DNA of 64,000 bases, from IMG/VR virus record IMGVR_UViG_2565956726_000008; one strand, written 5' to 3'. The position numbers were made by a program, and so were the translations under genes. The notes under the pieces were generated by a model. That model was not told the DNA's origin. It ran no database searches and worked only from the letters and a program-made list of their open reading frames with translations. The DNA comes from a virus. Its lineage: Duplodnaviria > Heunggongvirae > Uroviricota > Caudoviricetes. Positions within the stretch are counted from its first letter, which is position 1. Every line of letters starts with the position of its first letter. Below, piece after piece: positions 9,201 through 18,048 of this stretch.

Positions 9201-9491
9201 ATGAGCGTTACAATCATGTATGGCAAATGTGACAGTAAACTGAATGCCAGGGAACGCAGAAAAATAAAAAGAGAAAACGAAAGAAAATCATCACCTGCAA
9301 TCAATAAAACAGACAATGTGGATAAAGCTATTCGATTTGCAAACGAGGAAAGATGCAAACCAAATAGCATTAAAGAACGTCGCAAAGGATCAGTAAAATG
9401 GTATACGGAAAATGAAAGCGGCAGCTACTACCACGCAACGCAACCACGCCATTTAGGGGAAAAACCCCTGGATAAAGTCCGCTACCATTAA
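9201..9491 (+). CDS. putative N-like antitermination protein
   Basis: 96 aa, basic; arginine-rich motif NARERRKIKRENERK near N-terminus; ggag RBS; follows nut-like site. Confidence 0.35.
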   Translation: MSVTIMYGKCDSKLNARERRKIKRENERKSSPAINKTDNVDKAIRFANEERCKPNSIKERRKGSVKWYTENESGSYYHATQPRHLGEKPLDKVRYH

Positions 9492-9520
9492 TACAAAATG
9501 TAAACATCCGGAGATGACAT

Positions 9521-9640
9521 TATGGTTATTCAGGCGCTTCAATTCAAACTGGCAGTAGCGGAAATGCTTCACGATGCCGAAATGTGGAGCGCCGCGAATA
9601 AAGCCTTATACATAGTGTTAACAGCACGGGAGATTAAATA
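9521..9640 (+). CDS. small hypothetical protein (39 aa)
   Basis: ATG with ggag RBS; stop abuts erf start codon. Confidence 0.25.
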
Positions 9641-10282
9641 GTGAAAACAGAGTTACATAAAAAGCTATGGACGATTCAGCAAACGCTGAACGCGCCGAAA
9701 AATCAGCGTAATAATTTTGGTGGATATAATTACAGGTCGGCGGAGGATATTTTAGAGGCGGTTAAACCACTGCTTCAAAATATCACGCTGACTGTTAGTG
9801 ATGAAATTGTCCTGATCGGCAATCGCTATTATGTGAAAGCAACGGCGGCGCTAAGCGACGGTGAAGACGTAATAGCGGTAACTGCTTATGCCAGGGAAGA
9901 AGAAAGCAAGAAGGGTATGGACGCCAGCCAGCTAACAGGAGCAACATCAAGTTACGCGCGGAAATATGCTTTGAACGGTTTATTCTGTATAGATGATGCT
10001 CGCGATCCTGATACTGATGCTTACGCGAAGCAGACAGGCCAGCAGCCGCGACAACAGAAAAACCCACCAAAACAACAACCGCAGCAGCAGAAATCGCCGC
10101 CAAATCCTGATGAAGTATTAGCACGTTTCTGTGATGCGGCAGCGAAAGCGCAGGACGAAAAAGCGCTTAAAGATATTTTTGCTAAATGCTGGAAGTTATT
10201 ACCTGAAAACTCAGAGCAACGACAGAAAGCGAGCGACGTATACCAGATCAGAAAATCAGAGCTTAACGGGGAGATGGGTTAA
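9641..10282 (+). CDS. erf: Erf-family single-strand annealing protein
   Basis: 213 aa; by-eye similarity to P22 Erf (LNAPKNQ...YRS.EDILE.VKPLL, VSDEIVLIG.RYYVKATA, GMDA.Q.TGATSSYARKY.LNGLF.IDDA.D.D). Confidence 0.85.
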   Translation: MKTELHKKLWTIQQTLNAPKNQRNNFGGYNYRSAEDILEAVKPLLQNITLTVSDEIVLIGNRYYVKATAALSDGEDVIAVTAYAREEESKKGMDASQLTGATSSYARKYALNGLFCIDDARDPDTDAYAKQTGQQPRQQKNPPKQQPQQQKSPPNPDEVLARFCDAAAKAQDEKALKDIFAKCWKLLPENSEQRQKASDVYQIRKSELNGEMG

Positions 10283-10686
10283 TGAGCTTAAATTCAATTA
10301 CGCTGGGCGGGAATATCGGAAATGACATGGAAGTCCGCTACACACAAAGCGGGAAAGCGATTGGTAGTTTTCCGTTAGCTGTAACGAATGGCTACGGCGA
10401 TAATAAGCGGACAATGTGGGTCACTTGCCTGGTATTTGGTGAGCGTGCGGAAAAATTAGCGCCACATATCCGCAAGGGTGGAAAAATAGTGGTAAACGGT
10501 CGCCTGGATGTTCGGCAATATGATCGGAACGATGGCACGAAGGGTACGGCGGTAGAAGTGGCGGTTAACGAATTCGAATTCATGAACGTTAACCAGCAAG
10601 GCCAGCAGCAGAAAGCGCCACCGCCACAGCAGAATAACAACGGGAATAATCCTCCGATGGACTTTGACGACGACATCCCGTTTTGA
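10282..10686 (+). CDS. ssb: single-stranded DNA-binding protein
   Basis: 134 aa; OB-fold SSB pattern (LGGNIGNDMEVRYTQSGKA...VTCLVFGERAEKL), Q/G/P-rich linker and acidic C-terminal DFDDDIPF tail. Confidence 0.85.
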   Translation: MSLNSITLGGNIGNDMEVRYTQSGKAIGSFPLAVTNGYGDNKRTMWVTCLVFGERAEKLAPHIRKGGKIVVNGRLDVRQYDRNDGTKGTAVEVAVNEFEFMNVNQQGQQQKAPPPQQNNNGNNPPMDFDDDIPF

Positions 10687-10701
10687 ATCAATAGGTTAGT
10701 A

Positions 10702-10980
10702 ATGGGCGATTATTTAAAAGCGCCGCCGCCACCACGAACAAAAGAGCAAGTATTAAAAGAAGCCCGCGATCAAATCGATCGGGGGCTTTTTTTATGCGGC
10801 ACGGCAGCGGAACGAATGACGAAAAGATTTAGTGACCTGTACGCGAAGCAAATCTGGTTTGACAACTGGCGAGCGAGTTCTTACCCGCTACAGAAAACTG
10901 ATGATATGCAGTGGCCTGAATATGTTGATCCACGAATGCGCAAATATCGCGGGCGTATGGGCCAGGTTATTAACGATTAA
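10702..10980 (+). CDS. hypothetical protein (92 aa)
   Basis: ORF in dense co-directional array; no motif recognised. Confidence 0.4.
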   Translation: MGDYLKAPPPPRTKEQVLKEARDQIDRGLFLCGTAAERMTKRFSDLYAKQIWFDNWRASSYPLQKTDDMQWPEYVDPRMRKYRGRMGQVIND

Positions 10981-10992
10981 TGAGGTATTACC

Positions 10993-11244
10993 ATGACAGC
11001 TACAACATTAAGCGAAAATAACGGGCGCGGTTTTCAGGGGACTGCGGAAACCTCAGACGATGGTGATGTATTTGTCGAATTCGGTGGCGGTAACTATGAA
11101 TTCGAAACGTCGGCGGGCTGGCACGATAAATGGCCTTTCCCGACGCGCAAGGAATTAAGCGATCGAAAAACATTTGGCGAAGATGCCGAACGCCTGGCGA
11201 ATAATAAATGGATGGATAAATTTATTGCGGAGGCTGAAAAATGA
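10993..11244 (+). CDS. hypothetical protein (83 aa)
   Basis: ORF in dense co-directional array. Confidence 0.4.
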   Translation: MTATTLSENNGRGFQGTAETSDDGDVFVEFGGGNYEFETSAGWHDKWPFPTRKELSDRKTFGEDAERLANNKWMDKFIAEAEK

Positions 11245-11354
11245 GTTTTGAAAAAATTGCAGCATTGGCTGCGGCGGTGGCGATCGCGGCGCTATATCTT
11301 AGCTTATCGCTTTATATTACGGTGGCGATCATCAAGCTGATTACAACTATGTGA
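11241..11354 (+). CDS. small membrane peptide (37 aa)
   Basis: ATGA overlap with upstream stop; hydrophobic translation MSFEKIAALAAAVAIAALYLSLSLYITVAIIKLITTM. Confidence 0.35.
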   Translation: MSFEKIAALAAAVAIAALYLSLSLYITVAIIKLITTM

Positions 11355-11361
11355 GGCAATC

Positions 11362-11484
11362 ATGAGAGTCAGTAAGGATATTGTGACGGTCGCGTTTTGC
11401 GTTATTTGTTTCCTGTTTGCGGTTGTGCTTTGTGGCGCACTTGCGGCGGTGATTAGCTTTATTGGTAAGGGGGTGATGTTATGA
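11362..11484 (+). CDS. small membrane peptide (40 aa)
   Basis: Hydrophobic translation MRVSKDIVTVAFCVICFLFAVVLCGALAAVISFIGKGVML; stop overlaps next start. Confidence 0.35.
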   Translation: MRVSKDIVTVAFCVICFLFAVVLCGALAAVISFIGKGVML

Positions 11485-11753
11485 CTCTGTGGGATGCAAA
11501 AGAAAGTGATCTCGTTGTCTTGCCAGCATATCGTAGTGATCTCGGGCTGGTCGTACTGAATAAAACATGTAGCGACATTCAACGCCCGATCCTGGTTAGA
11601 TACTTAGACGGCACGATGATCGAACCGCGTTTCTTCGACAAAGTTGAACTGAAGGCCCGCAATGTTCGCGTTAAGCCTTTCCGGGCTTATGTTGAAAATC
11701 ACTGGCGTAAATTGTTCGCCGGACTGAATGGGATGTTCGGCGTATGGCTATAA
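11481..11753 (+). CDS. hypothetical protein (90 aa)
   Basis: ORF in dense array. Confidence 0.4.
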   Translation: MTLWDAKESDLVVLPAYRSDLGLVVLNKTCSDIQRPILVRYLDGTMIEPRFFDKVELKARNVRVKPFRAYVENHWRKLFAGLNGMFGVWL

Positions 11754-11935
11754 AATTAGTGAAGGTTAAACACCTGAAAGGCGGCGAAAAACTCCGCGCG
11801 TGGTTCGGATATGAATTTATTGCTACTGACTTTTATTTCGGGCCTGGTGGTCAAGTAACAATATTTGATGAAGATTACGACGAGGTGGGGCAATGGCATC
11901 TTGAACAATATGTCGAGGTGTTAAATGAAAATTAA
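11744..11935 (+). CDS. hypothetical protein (63 aa)
   Basis: ORF in dense array. Confidence 0.35.
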   Translation: MAIKLVKVKHLKGGEKLRAWFGYEFIATDFYFGPGGQVTIFDEDYDEVGQWHLEQYVEVLNEN

Positions 11936-12257
11936 ATTCCATAAGGCATATGATAGCGAATCAAACAAGCTATCACTATTTATTGAGTTCGAACGCCGGA
12001 TCATTGTTGTGCCCTGGGCGCGGCGATTCAATGACGCTGGCGGTCGGCGGCAGTTCGCGGTCGATATGCTGTTACGCGGCTGCGGCCTTATGCGTCCGCT
12101 ATCTGATTTAAAACGAATGATGCCGGGATCATTCGGTCAGATTGATGAAATAGAAATAAGCCCGGAAGAACTGAAACGGGAGCGTGATTTATTCCTTTCA
12201 AGCGAAGGAAACCCGTTTAATTCAGAAACCGAAATGAAATGGCATCATCCACTATAA
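11925..12257 (+). CDS. hypothetical protein (110 aa)
   Basis: ORF in dense array. Confidence 0.4.
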   Translation: MKIKFHKAYDSESNKLSLFIEFERRIIVVPWARRFNDAGGRRQFAVDMLLRGCGLMRPLSDLKRMMPGSFGQIDEIEISPEELKRERDLFLSSEGNPFNSETEMKWHHPL

Positions 12258-12268
12258 GGATAAATATC

Positions 12269-12730
12269 ATGAACGACATCAAAACAGCTTATTCACTCGG
12301 CAGCGACGGTATGTTAATCACTCGCTACACTGACGACGCGAGCTTTCACGAAGTGTTAACTAAGGACTATCACGAAGTATTAAAAGATATGAACGCAGGC
12401 GCATATGACGGTGATTTAAATCTGGCGCTACAGGTTGTTGATATTGTGATGGATGCGTCAATCCGCGATTACGTGTCTTTAAGCAGGGAAGAAAAAACAT
12501 CGGTAGCGCGTTATGTATTCTCTCTTACTTTTGTGAAGCGCATGGAGGAAGAATTCGGACGCGTACCAGTGCCGGAAGAGGTTGAACCGCTCGCGTTCGG
12601 AAGTGCTGTTATTTTTCCGTTGAACAAGGATCAGCTTGGTGGTGTTTCACTGCATTCTATGCGCGGCCTGATGAAAAATATCTTTGAGGTTAAGATGTTG
12701 CAGAAATTCATTGAGGAAGGCCACAAATAG
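12269..12730 (+). CDS. hypothetical protein (153 aa)
   Basis: ATG at 12269 with aagga RBS (longer ORF from 12239). Confidence 0.45.
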   Translation: MNDIKTAYSLGSDGMLITRYTDDASFHEVLTKDYHEVLKDMNAGAYDGDLNLALQVVDIVMDASIRDYVSLSREEKTSVARYVFSLTFVKRMEEEFGRVPVPEEVEPLAFGSAVIFPLNKDQLGGVSLHSMRGLMKNIFEVKMLQKFIEEGHK

Positions 12731-12988
12731 GAAGAAGTAAAAGCGCTCATGCCATTGTTTTACGGTGAAATGGTTGGCAATGATATGCGTGCAAATGATT
12801 TCGGCGTACAGGCGGCTATCGCTGTGCTTAATGAGGCACGGGAAAACGCACAGCCAATGCCTGAACAGGGGAAACGTGTACTGCATTAACCGAGTAATTC
12901 CGATCACATAAATATACATTTTGTATTGTGAACGCATATCCGTTTTGTAAGCCGAAATCAAAAGGTTTACGGTGCGGAGGAAGCAAAA

Positions 12989-13207
12989 ATGGAACGCGAA
13001 TTGATGCTTTATTGCGTAGAAGGTGGCGTAGGTCACGATGCCTACGTCGCCGGGAAAGACTATCCAGCCGATGAAGTGCTTTCTAATATGCACTTCAGAG
13101 AAAATGAAAGCCAGGTGTCTGTGTGGAAACGGTGTATTGATGGTATTGAGGTTGTAAGTATCGAACGGTATTTAGGCACGTTTGATTACGGTGTTATTGA
13201 GGCTTAA
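12989..13207 (+). CDS. hypothetical protein (72 aa)
   Basis: ORF with ggagg RBS. Confidence 0.4.
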   Translation: MERELMLYCVEGGVGHDAYVAGKDYPADEVLSNMHFRENESQVSVWKRCIDGIEVVSIERYLGTFDYGVIEA

Positions 13208-13305
13208 TTATGGACGATACATTGTTTTATATGTGCTGTTTCTGGGGTTTTATTGTCTTATGCCTGTTTATCAGGTGGTTTATTGAATACCATATGAGGT
13301 AATGT

Positions 13306-13500
13306 GTGGAACAAGAAACTGATTATCGAATACCTGATGGCCTAAAATTAGTTGGCATTGGTTTCGGGTGTAGATTTGTATCTGACGCAAAAGGAGCGAT
13401 TTATTTAATACGTCTTATTGATGGCGTTCAACATATAAGGCGACTAGGAATTTACATCAAAGCATTCAGAAGGGGTTATTTAAAAACTCATGAAATTTAA
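13306..13500 (+). CDS. hypothetical protein (64 aa)
   Basis: ORF in dense array. Confidence 0.35.
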   Translation: MEQETDYRIPDGLKLVGIGFGCRFVSDAKGAIYLIRLIDGVQHIRRLGIYIKAFRRGYLKTHEI

Positions 13501-13693
13501 ACATTACATGGAATGGAAAATTCCAGAAGCAGCAACAAAGGCAGCGCCAGGAAATTATTCTGGCGTTTATTTTTATATGGATGGCAAATGGTATTTCGGC
13601 AGCAGGCCGGATCACTATTATCAGGAAATATGCAAGCCTCACGTATGGGATATTAAAGAGCGCGTGAAAGGCGGGGTAATTGAGGACGTTTAA
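13490..13693 (+). CDS. hypothetical protein (67 aa)
   Basis: ORF in dense array. Confidence 0.35.
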   Translation: MKFKHYMEWKIPEAATKAAPGNYSGVYFYMDGKWYFGSRPDHYYQEICKPHVWDIKERVKGGVIEDV

Positions 13694-13694
13694 A

Positions 13695-13931
13695 ATGCTT
13701 AAGAGCTTTTTTAACTGGTTGGGGGCGTGGCTTTTGGCTACGCTTTTTGTTTTCCTGGCGGCCCTGACTGTTATCAGTGTTATTATGCTGGGAGCTATGT
13801 TTATTACGTGGTCGCTTCCTGAATTTAACGACATTGGGAATATTCTTTTTGCAGCCCGCGCTTTATTGGCTGTTAGCGCATTCATTGGTTTTTGCTGGAC
13901 TGCCGCGCCGGATTGGACTGACACATGGTGA
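13695..13931 (+). CDS. small membrane protein (78 aa, two predicted TM helices)
   Basis: ATG at 13695 with gagg RBS; hydrophobic stretches WLGAWLLATLFVFLAALTVISVIMLGAMFI and LLAVSAFIGFCW. Confidence 0.4.
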   Translation: MLKSFFNWLGAWLLATLFVFLAALTVISVIMLGAMFITWSLPEFNDIGNILFAARALLAVSAFIGFCWTAAPDWTDTW

Positions 13932-13935
13932 TCCT

Positions 13936-14169
13936 ATGGCCTTATTCAATATGTCAGAGCCGCAATTTAACGCCGTAAAGACTGCCGCCCGCGCCGCGCT
14001 TTCGGCCTGCAAAGCGGAGGTAGAGAAGAACGGCTACAGCGATAAAGCCACGCGGCTGATATTAGATAAGCATTATCGCAAGGTCGCCCCGCTAATCAGT
14101 ATTGAGCGTTTTGTGTGGTTGGTGGGGTATCTGAATAACCGCTGGGGAACAGATCAGGATTATTTCTAA
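13936..14169 (+). CDS. hypothetical protein (77 aa)
   Basis: ATG at 13936 just after upstream stop. Confidence 0.4.
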   Translation: MALFNMSEPQFNAVKTAARAALSACKAEVEKNGYSDKATRLILDKHYRKVAPLISIERFVWLVGYLNNRWGTDQDYF

Positions 14170-14178
14170 GGGGGCGTA

Positions 14179-14718
14179 ATGAAAAATGATTACGGCGGCA
14201 GCCATACGCCGAAAGAAATAAAGGACTTATGGCAAACGCCAAAACCCGTTTTTAGAGGAATGGATCGAGAATTCGAGTTCGTCGCGGATGTGGCGGCAAA
14301 CAAGGCAAACGCATTAATACCGCGATATATAACCGAAGAAATGGACACGCTCCATTATCCGTGGGGAGCGGTGGCGATGCCTGGTGAGTATGTCTGGATG
14401 AATCCGCCATATTCTAATCCGGGGCCATTCGTTGATAAAGCGGCGCTTGAACACAGCCGAAATCATATCGGATGCGTAATGTTATTGCCCGCTGACATTT
14501 CTGTTAGCTGGTTTATGAACGGCGTGGAGACGGCAAACGAATGCCGATTAATCACGCGCGGGCGGCTGGCGTTTATCAATGCTGCAACAGGGAAACCAGT
14601 AAGCGGGAACAATAAGGGGAGCTTGTTCCTGATCTGGCATCCACGATGCAGACATGAATGTATTTTCACGCAGATAACACGTAAAGAGCTATATGCAAGA
14701 GGTGCAGAAAATGAATAA
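14179..14718 (+). CDS. phage Dam-type DNA N6-adenine methyltransferase
   Basis: 179 aa; WQTPKPVF ... FVADVAAN ... VWMNPPYSN (catalytic NPPY motif) typical of small phage Dam methyltransferases. Confidence 0.8.
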   Translation: MKNDYGGSHTPKEIKDLWQTPKPVFRGMDREFEFVADVAANKANALIPRYITEEMDTLHYPWGAVAMPGEYVWMNPPYSNPGPFVDKAALEHSRNHIGCVMLLPADISVSWFMNGVETANECRLITRGRLAFINAATGKPVSGNNKGSLFLIWHPRCRHECIFTQITRKELYARGAENE

Positions 14719-15031
14719 AGCGGCTGAATTGCTGAGACTTGCGGCTGAAACTATCGAGGCAAGAGGGGAGCAAAACGGATACGATCGAAAAGAAGAAAAA
14801 TCAGCGCCAAAAATAGCGGCTATTTTCAACGCTAAGATGAATGCGAATTTAACCCCACTTGATGTATGGGATCTAATGATTTGCCTCAAGGAAGCGCGTT
14901 TAGGGGCTATTCTCGCTAATGGAACTGATCCGCTCGACACTCTTATAGACCTTATTGCTTATAACGCGCTTAAGGCCGAACAGATATTAGCGTATCGGGA
15001 GGAAGAGCTAAATGAAGATGGTGGCAATTGA
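14711..15031 (+). CDS. hypothetical protein (106 aa)
   Basis: ATG at 14711 with gaggtg RBS, 8-nt overlap with methyltransferase gene. Confidence 0.4.
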   Translation: MNKAAELLRLAAETIEARGEQNGYDRKEEKSAPKIAAIFNAKMNANLTPLDVWDLMICLKEARLGAILANGTDPLDTLIDLIAYNALKAEQILAYREEELNEDGGN

Positions 15032-15515
15032 CAGGTTATTAGCCTGCGTTTATGTCGCCGTTTTCGTTATCATCAATCTTATTGTTAACCACTGTGGCCC
15101 GTGGGTAATTCCGATCACCACGGTAGCCGCCGTGTGTGTCAATATGATGATTCGTGATTTTCTGTTATATGACGGCGGCCTTAAATGGTCGGCTACAACA
15201 TGCGCCGCCGCTGGCGCAATCACGGTGCTGATAAATTACGACGCCGGAATGGTGGCGATCGCGTCATTCGTCGCGGTTGTTTCCGGTGCGCTTATTTCTG
15301 GCGGCGTTTACCGGGTTTTACCTGGTGATTTCGATTCTAAACGCTGGCCTGCAAATATAGCGTCCGCCATTGGCGATGCGTTAATTTTCCCAACGCTATC
15401 GTTTATGGCATTCATGCCGGAAATATCAGCTATGCAATTCATCTCAAAAATGGCGGCGGTAACGGTGATCACTATCATCATGCGCCGCTACTTTACGTTC
15501 GAGGGTAGGAAATGA
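15012..15515 (+). CDS. polytopic inner-membrane protein (about 5 TM helices), function unknown
   Basis: 167 aa, strongly hydrophobic; weak by-eye resemblance to YhhQ/DUF165-type transporters, not verifiable here. Confidence 0.5.
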   Translation: MKMVAIDRLLACVYVAVFVIINLIVNHCGPWVIPITTVAAVCVNMMIRDFLLYDGGLKWSATTCAAAGAITVLINYDAGMVAIASFVAVVSGALISGGVYRVLPGDFDSKRWPANIASAIGDALIFPTLSFMAFMPEISAMQFISKMAAVTVITIIMRRYFTFEGRK

Positions 15516-16276
15516 GTGGGCTTAGAAATTGGGTGGTGTGGTCGCTGTACGACGGCAGCGGATACGCCGTTAAAGATTGGGCCGACGCTGGTTATAAATG
15601 CTATTGCTTCAACTATGATGGCGCTAATCACGGCGATTATGAAGGCGTCAAAATCATTCATCCGAACATTGAGTATATCAACGTATGGATTGACAGCCAT
15701 TTCCTGGTAATGTTCTCCCCTGAATTGTCTGTTTATCCAGATCCTGACATTATCCTGGGCTTTCCTCCGTGCGACGATCTTGCGGTGTCCGGCGCTCGCT
15801 GGTTTGCTGATAAGCGGAAAAAAGAACCTTACTTCCAGCAGAAGGCGGCATACAACGCAAAACTGGTAGAAACGCTTGCTGATATGTACCACGTCCCGTG
15901 GATGGTGGAAAATCCGGTAGGTGCGCTGTCAACGTTATGGCGCAAACCTGATTTTATCTTCAACCCGTGCGCTTACGGTGGCTACCTGCCTGAAGACGAC
16001 AAACACCCTGCTTTCCCTGAATACATAGCTGCCCGCGACGCATACACGAAGAAAACTTGTATCTGGTGCGGGAATGGATTTAAGCAGCCGCTATTCCGGC
16101 CTGTACCTATGCCGGATGAATGGGAAGACAGCAAACAGCACGCGAAGTTAGGAGGAAAGTCGAAACGCACTAAGATGATCCGCTCACTAACGCCGCGCGG
16201 CTTTGCCCGTGCTGTATTCTTGGCTAACGACCGGGCCATCACTCGTACTACGCTTAACCGCATTTTACCGGACTAA
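15512..16276 (+). CDS. C5-cytosine methyltransferase-like protein (atypical motifs)
   Basis: 254 aa; candidate motif I SLYDGSGYA, motif IV GFPPCDD (Cys retained, Gln replaced), motif VI ENPVG; short for a C5-MTase. Confidence 0.45.
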   Translation: MSGLRNWVVWSLYDGSGYAVKDWADAGYKCYCFNYDGANHGDYEGVKIIHPNIEYINVWIDSHFLVMFSPELSVYPDPDIILGFPPCDDLAVSGARWFADKRKKEPYFQQKAAYNAKLVETLADMYHVPWMVENPVGALSTLWRKPDFIFNPCAYGGYLPEDDKHPAFPEYIAARDAYTKKTCIWCGNGFKQPLFRPVPMPDEWEDSKQHAKLGGKSKRTKMIRSLTPRGFARAVFLANDRAITRTTLNRILPD

Positions 16277-16278
16277 AG

Positions 16279-16357
16279 TTTACAAAATGGCATCATTGCG
16301 TGATGCGGATCACATAATGGCGCTTTTTGCCTTGTTTGGGGGTATCCATTTTGTATA
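16279..16357. repeat. Intergenic motif pair TTTACAAAATGG / CCATTTTGTATA flanking GTGA-N6-TCACA palindrome
   Basis: tttacaaaatggcat (16279-16293), cgtgatgcggatcaca (16299-16314), atccattttgtatac (16343-16357). Confidence 0.7.
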
Positions 16358-16435
16358 CTTCAAGCAAACAAAATGCTCTTTAAAAATCCGGCAGCGCTGA
16401 AATGCGTAGAAATCACCTGAAAAGGAGAGAGCATT

Positions 16436-16612
16436 ATGTCTTTTGATGATTACCAATGGCATGACGACTATGAACGAGAAAGCGTCATGCGTGCAATGTG
16501 CAATGTATGCAGCACGAAAAAAGGAGAATGTAACGAGTACAACGAATGTGTAGATCACTCGCTAAGGGCCGGACACGCCGAAAGGCTGAACGAAACAGAG
16601 AATCAAAAATAA
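16436..16612 (+). CDS. small Cys-rich protein (58 aa)
   Basis: ATG with aaaggagaga RBS; eight Cys (CNVC...ECNEYNEC). Confidence 0.35.
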   Translation: MSFDDYQWHDDYERESVMRAMCNVCSTKKGECNEYNECVDHSLRAGHAERLNETENQK

Positions 16613-16626
16613 TTGGGGTGGTTTTT

Positions 16627-17232
16627 ATGCAAAACCCTAAGAAACCAATAAGACGCCGTTGCAAATGCTGCGGCGTTTTTTTTGAGCCTAAATATCACAA
16701 TCAAACGTGGTGCAGCGACGAATGCCTGGAAGAACTGAAATTTGACCAGTTATGCCGCGACCGTGAGAAGGCTATGAAGGCTATGGAACGGAAGAAACGC
16801 CGTGATAGCCAGCGGGAAGAACGCAACCGGAAGCGGAAGCAGTTAAATCCGCGTAGCTATTGGTTAAAGCAGGCACAAGCGGTATTTAATGCCTATATCC
16901 GCGAACGTGACGCGCGGTTGCCGTGCATATCCTGCGGGACTTACTACGGTGAGCAATGCGGATACGATGCGGGGCATTACAGGACGGTCGCCGCCGCCGG
17001 ACACCTTCGCTTCAATGAAGATAACGTCCATAAACAATGTAGGCACTGCAATCAGACATTAGACGGAAACATACAAGCCTATCGCCCAGCACTGATTCGA
17101 AAAATTGGCCTCGCCAGGGTGGAAGCGCTGGAGAACAACAATGATACGCATAAATGGACGATCGCAGAATGTAAGGAGCTAATAAACATCTATCAGGCAA
17201 AATTGGACGCCTTAAGGAGAAAGGCAGCATGA
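16627..17232 (+). CDS. ninG: NinG/Rap-family recombination protein
   Basis: 201 aa from ATG 16627; close by-eye match to lambda NinG (W.SDEC, PRSYW.KQAQ.AVNA.IRERD, LPCISCGT, DAGHYRT.AAA..LRFNE.N.HKQC..CN). Confidence 0.85.
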   Translation: MQNPKKPIRRRCKCCGVFFEPKYHNQTWCSDECLEELKFDQLCRDREKAMKAMERKKRRDSQREERNRKRKQLNPRSYWLKQAQAVFNAYIRERDARLPCISCGTYYGEQCGYDAGHYRTVAAAGHLRFNEDNVHKQCRHCNQTLDGNIQAYRPALIRKIGLARVEALENNNDTHKWTIAECKELINIYQAKLDALRRKAA

Positions 17233-17657
17233 ACGAATATACATTTAGCCTACCTTACCCGCCATCGAATAACCGCTATTACCGACATTCGCGCGGTTTT
17301 CACTATATAAGCAAAGTGGGGAAGGAATATCGGGAACAAGTAAGAGACATCATCGAGCTATTAAATTTAAACATTAACCTACCTTGCCGACTGGCAATCG
17401 CCATCTATGCCGCGCCGCCGGATAACCGGATCAGAGATCTGGATAATATCCCTAAATGCCTTTTTGATAGCCTTACCTATGCCGGATTTTGGAAGGATGA
17501 CGGGCAAATTGACTCAATAAAAATTGTCCGCTGCCGGAAGGTAAAAGGCGGACGCTTGTTTATTAAGATCCGCGAACGCGGCGACCTACTACCGGATATT
17601 GACGAATACGCGACTAATATGTGGGGTGACAATGGAGACAATAAACATTGTTGTTAA
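17229..17657 (+). CDS. rusA: RusA-family Holliday junction resolvase
   Basis: 142 aa; PPSNNRYYRHSRG, DLDNIPKCLFDSLTYAGFWKDDGQI typical of RusA. Confidence 0.85.
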   Translation: MNEYTFSLPYPPSNNRYYRHSRGFHYISKVGKEYREQVRDIIELLNLNINLPCRLAIAIYAAPPDNRIRDLDNIPKCLFDSLTYAGFWKDDGQIDSIKIVRCRKVKGGRLFIKIRERGDLLPDIDEYATNMWGDNGDNKHCC

Positions 17658-17869
17658 ATGTACTCAATCAAGCGTCGATTTTTTTTACTGAAGGTAAAAA
17701 ATATTCAGGTTTTATAAAGCATGGGTGCTTTGCTTTCATTCTACAAGACGATCTTGTATCTGATTTCGACGACGCCGACGCATGGCGATTAGTCCAGTAT
17801 TTCCCGTCAAAAAATGAGTATTTTTTGCAGGGGAATTTTAAAACTCGGTTTAAGGTGGTAGAGAAATGA
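17648..17869 (+). CDS. hypothetical protein (73 aa, TTG start)
   Basis: ORF with ggagac upstream; only a non-ATG start is available. Confidence 0.3.
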   Translation: MLLNVLNQASIFFTEGKKYSGFIKHGCFAFILQDDLVSDFDDADAWRLVQYFPSKNEYFLQGNFKTRFKVVEK

Positions 17870-18048
17870 AAAACGAAATTAAAGATCTGCAAATAGATAT
17901 TCAGCGCGATGAGCATGATTTAGCTACAGTCCGACAAATTCAGGCTTTTCATATGCGCGAATTGCTTGCATTGAAAGAGCTTGAGAGGAAGTTAGTCCAG
18001 TCTATTTCTGATCGTAAACGCCTTATTGCTCGTTACGGGGGCAAATAA
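17866..18048 (+). CDS. hypothetical coiled-coil protein (60 aa)
   Basis: ORF coupled to neighbours. Confidence 0.4.
   Translation: MKNEIKDLQIDIQRDEHDLATVRQIQAFHMRELLALKELERKLVQSISDRKRLIARYGGK

Noticed and set aside
9795-10124. 109-aa minus-strand ORF overlapping erf
   Set aside because: Lies entirely antisense to a gene with strong homology support; no independent signal
15012-15515. Assignment of the membrane protein as a queuosine-precursor (YhhQ/DUF165) transporter and of the neighbourhood as a 7-deazaguanine DNA modification cluster
   Set aside because: Resemblance is weak and by eye only; no DpdA/TGT-like, QueC, QueD, QueE or FolE genes are present, so the call is kept generic
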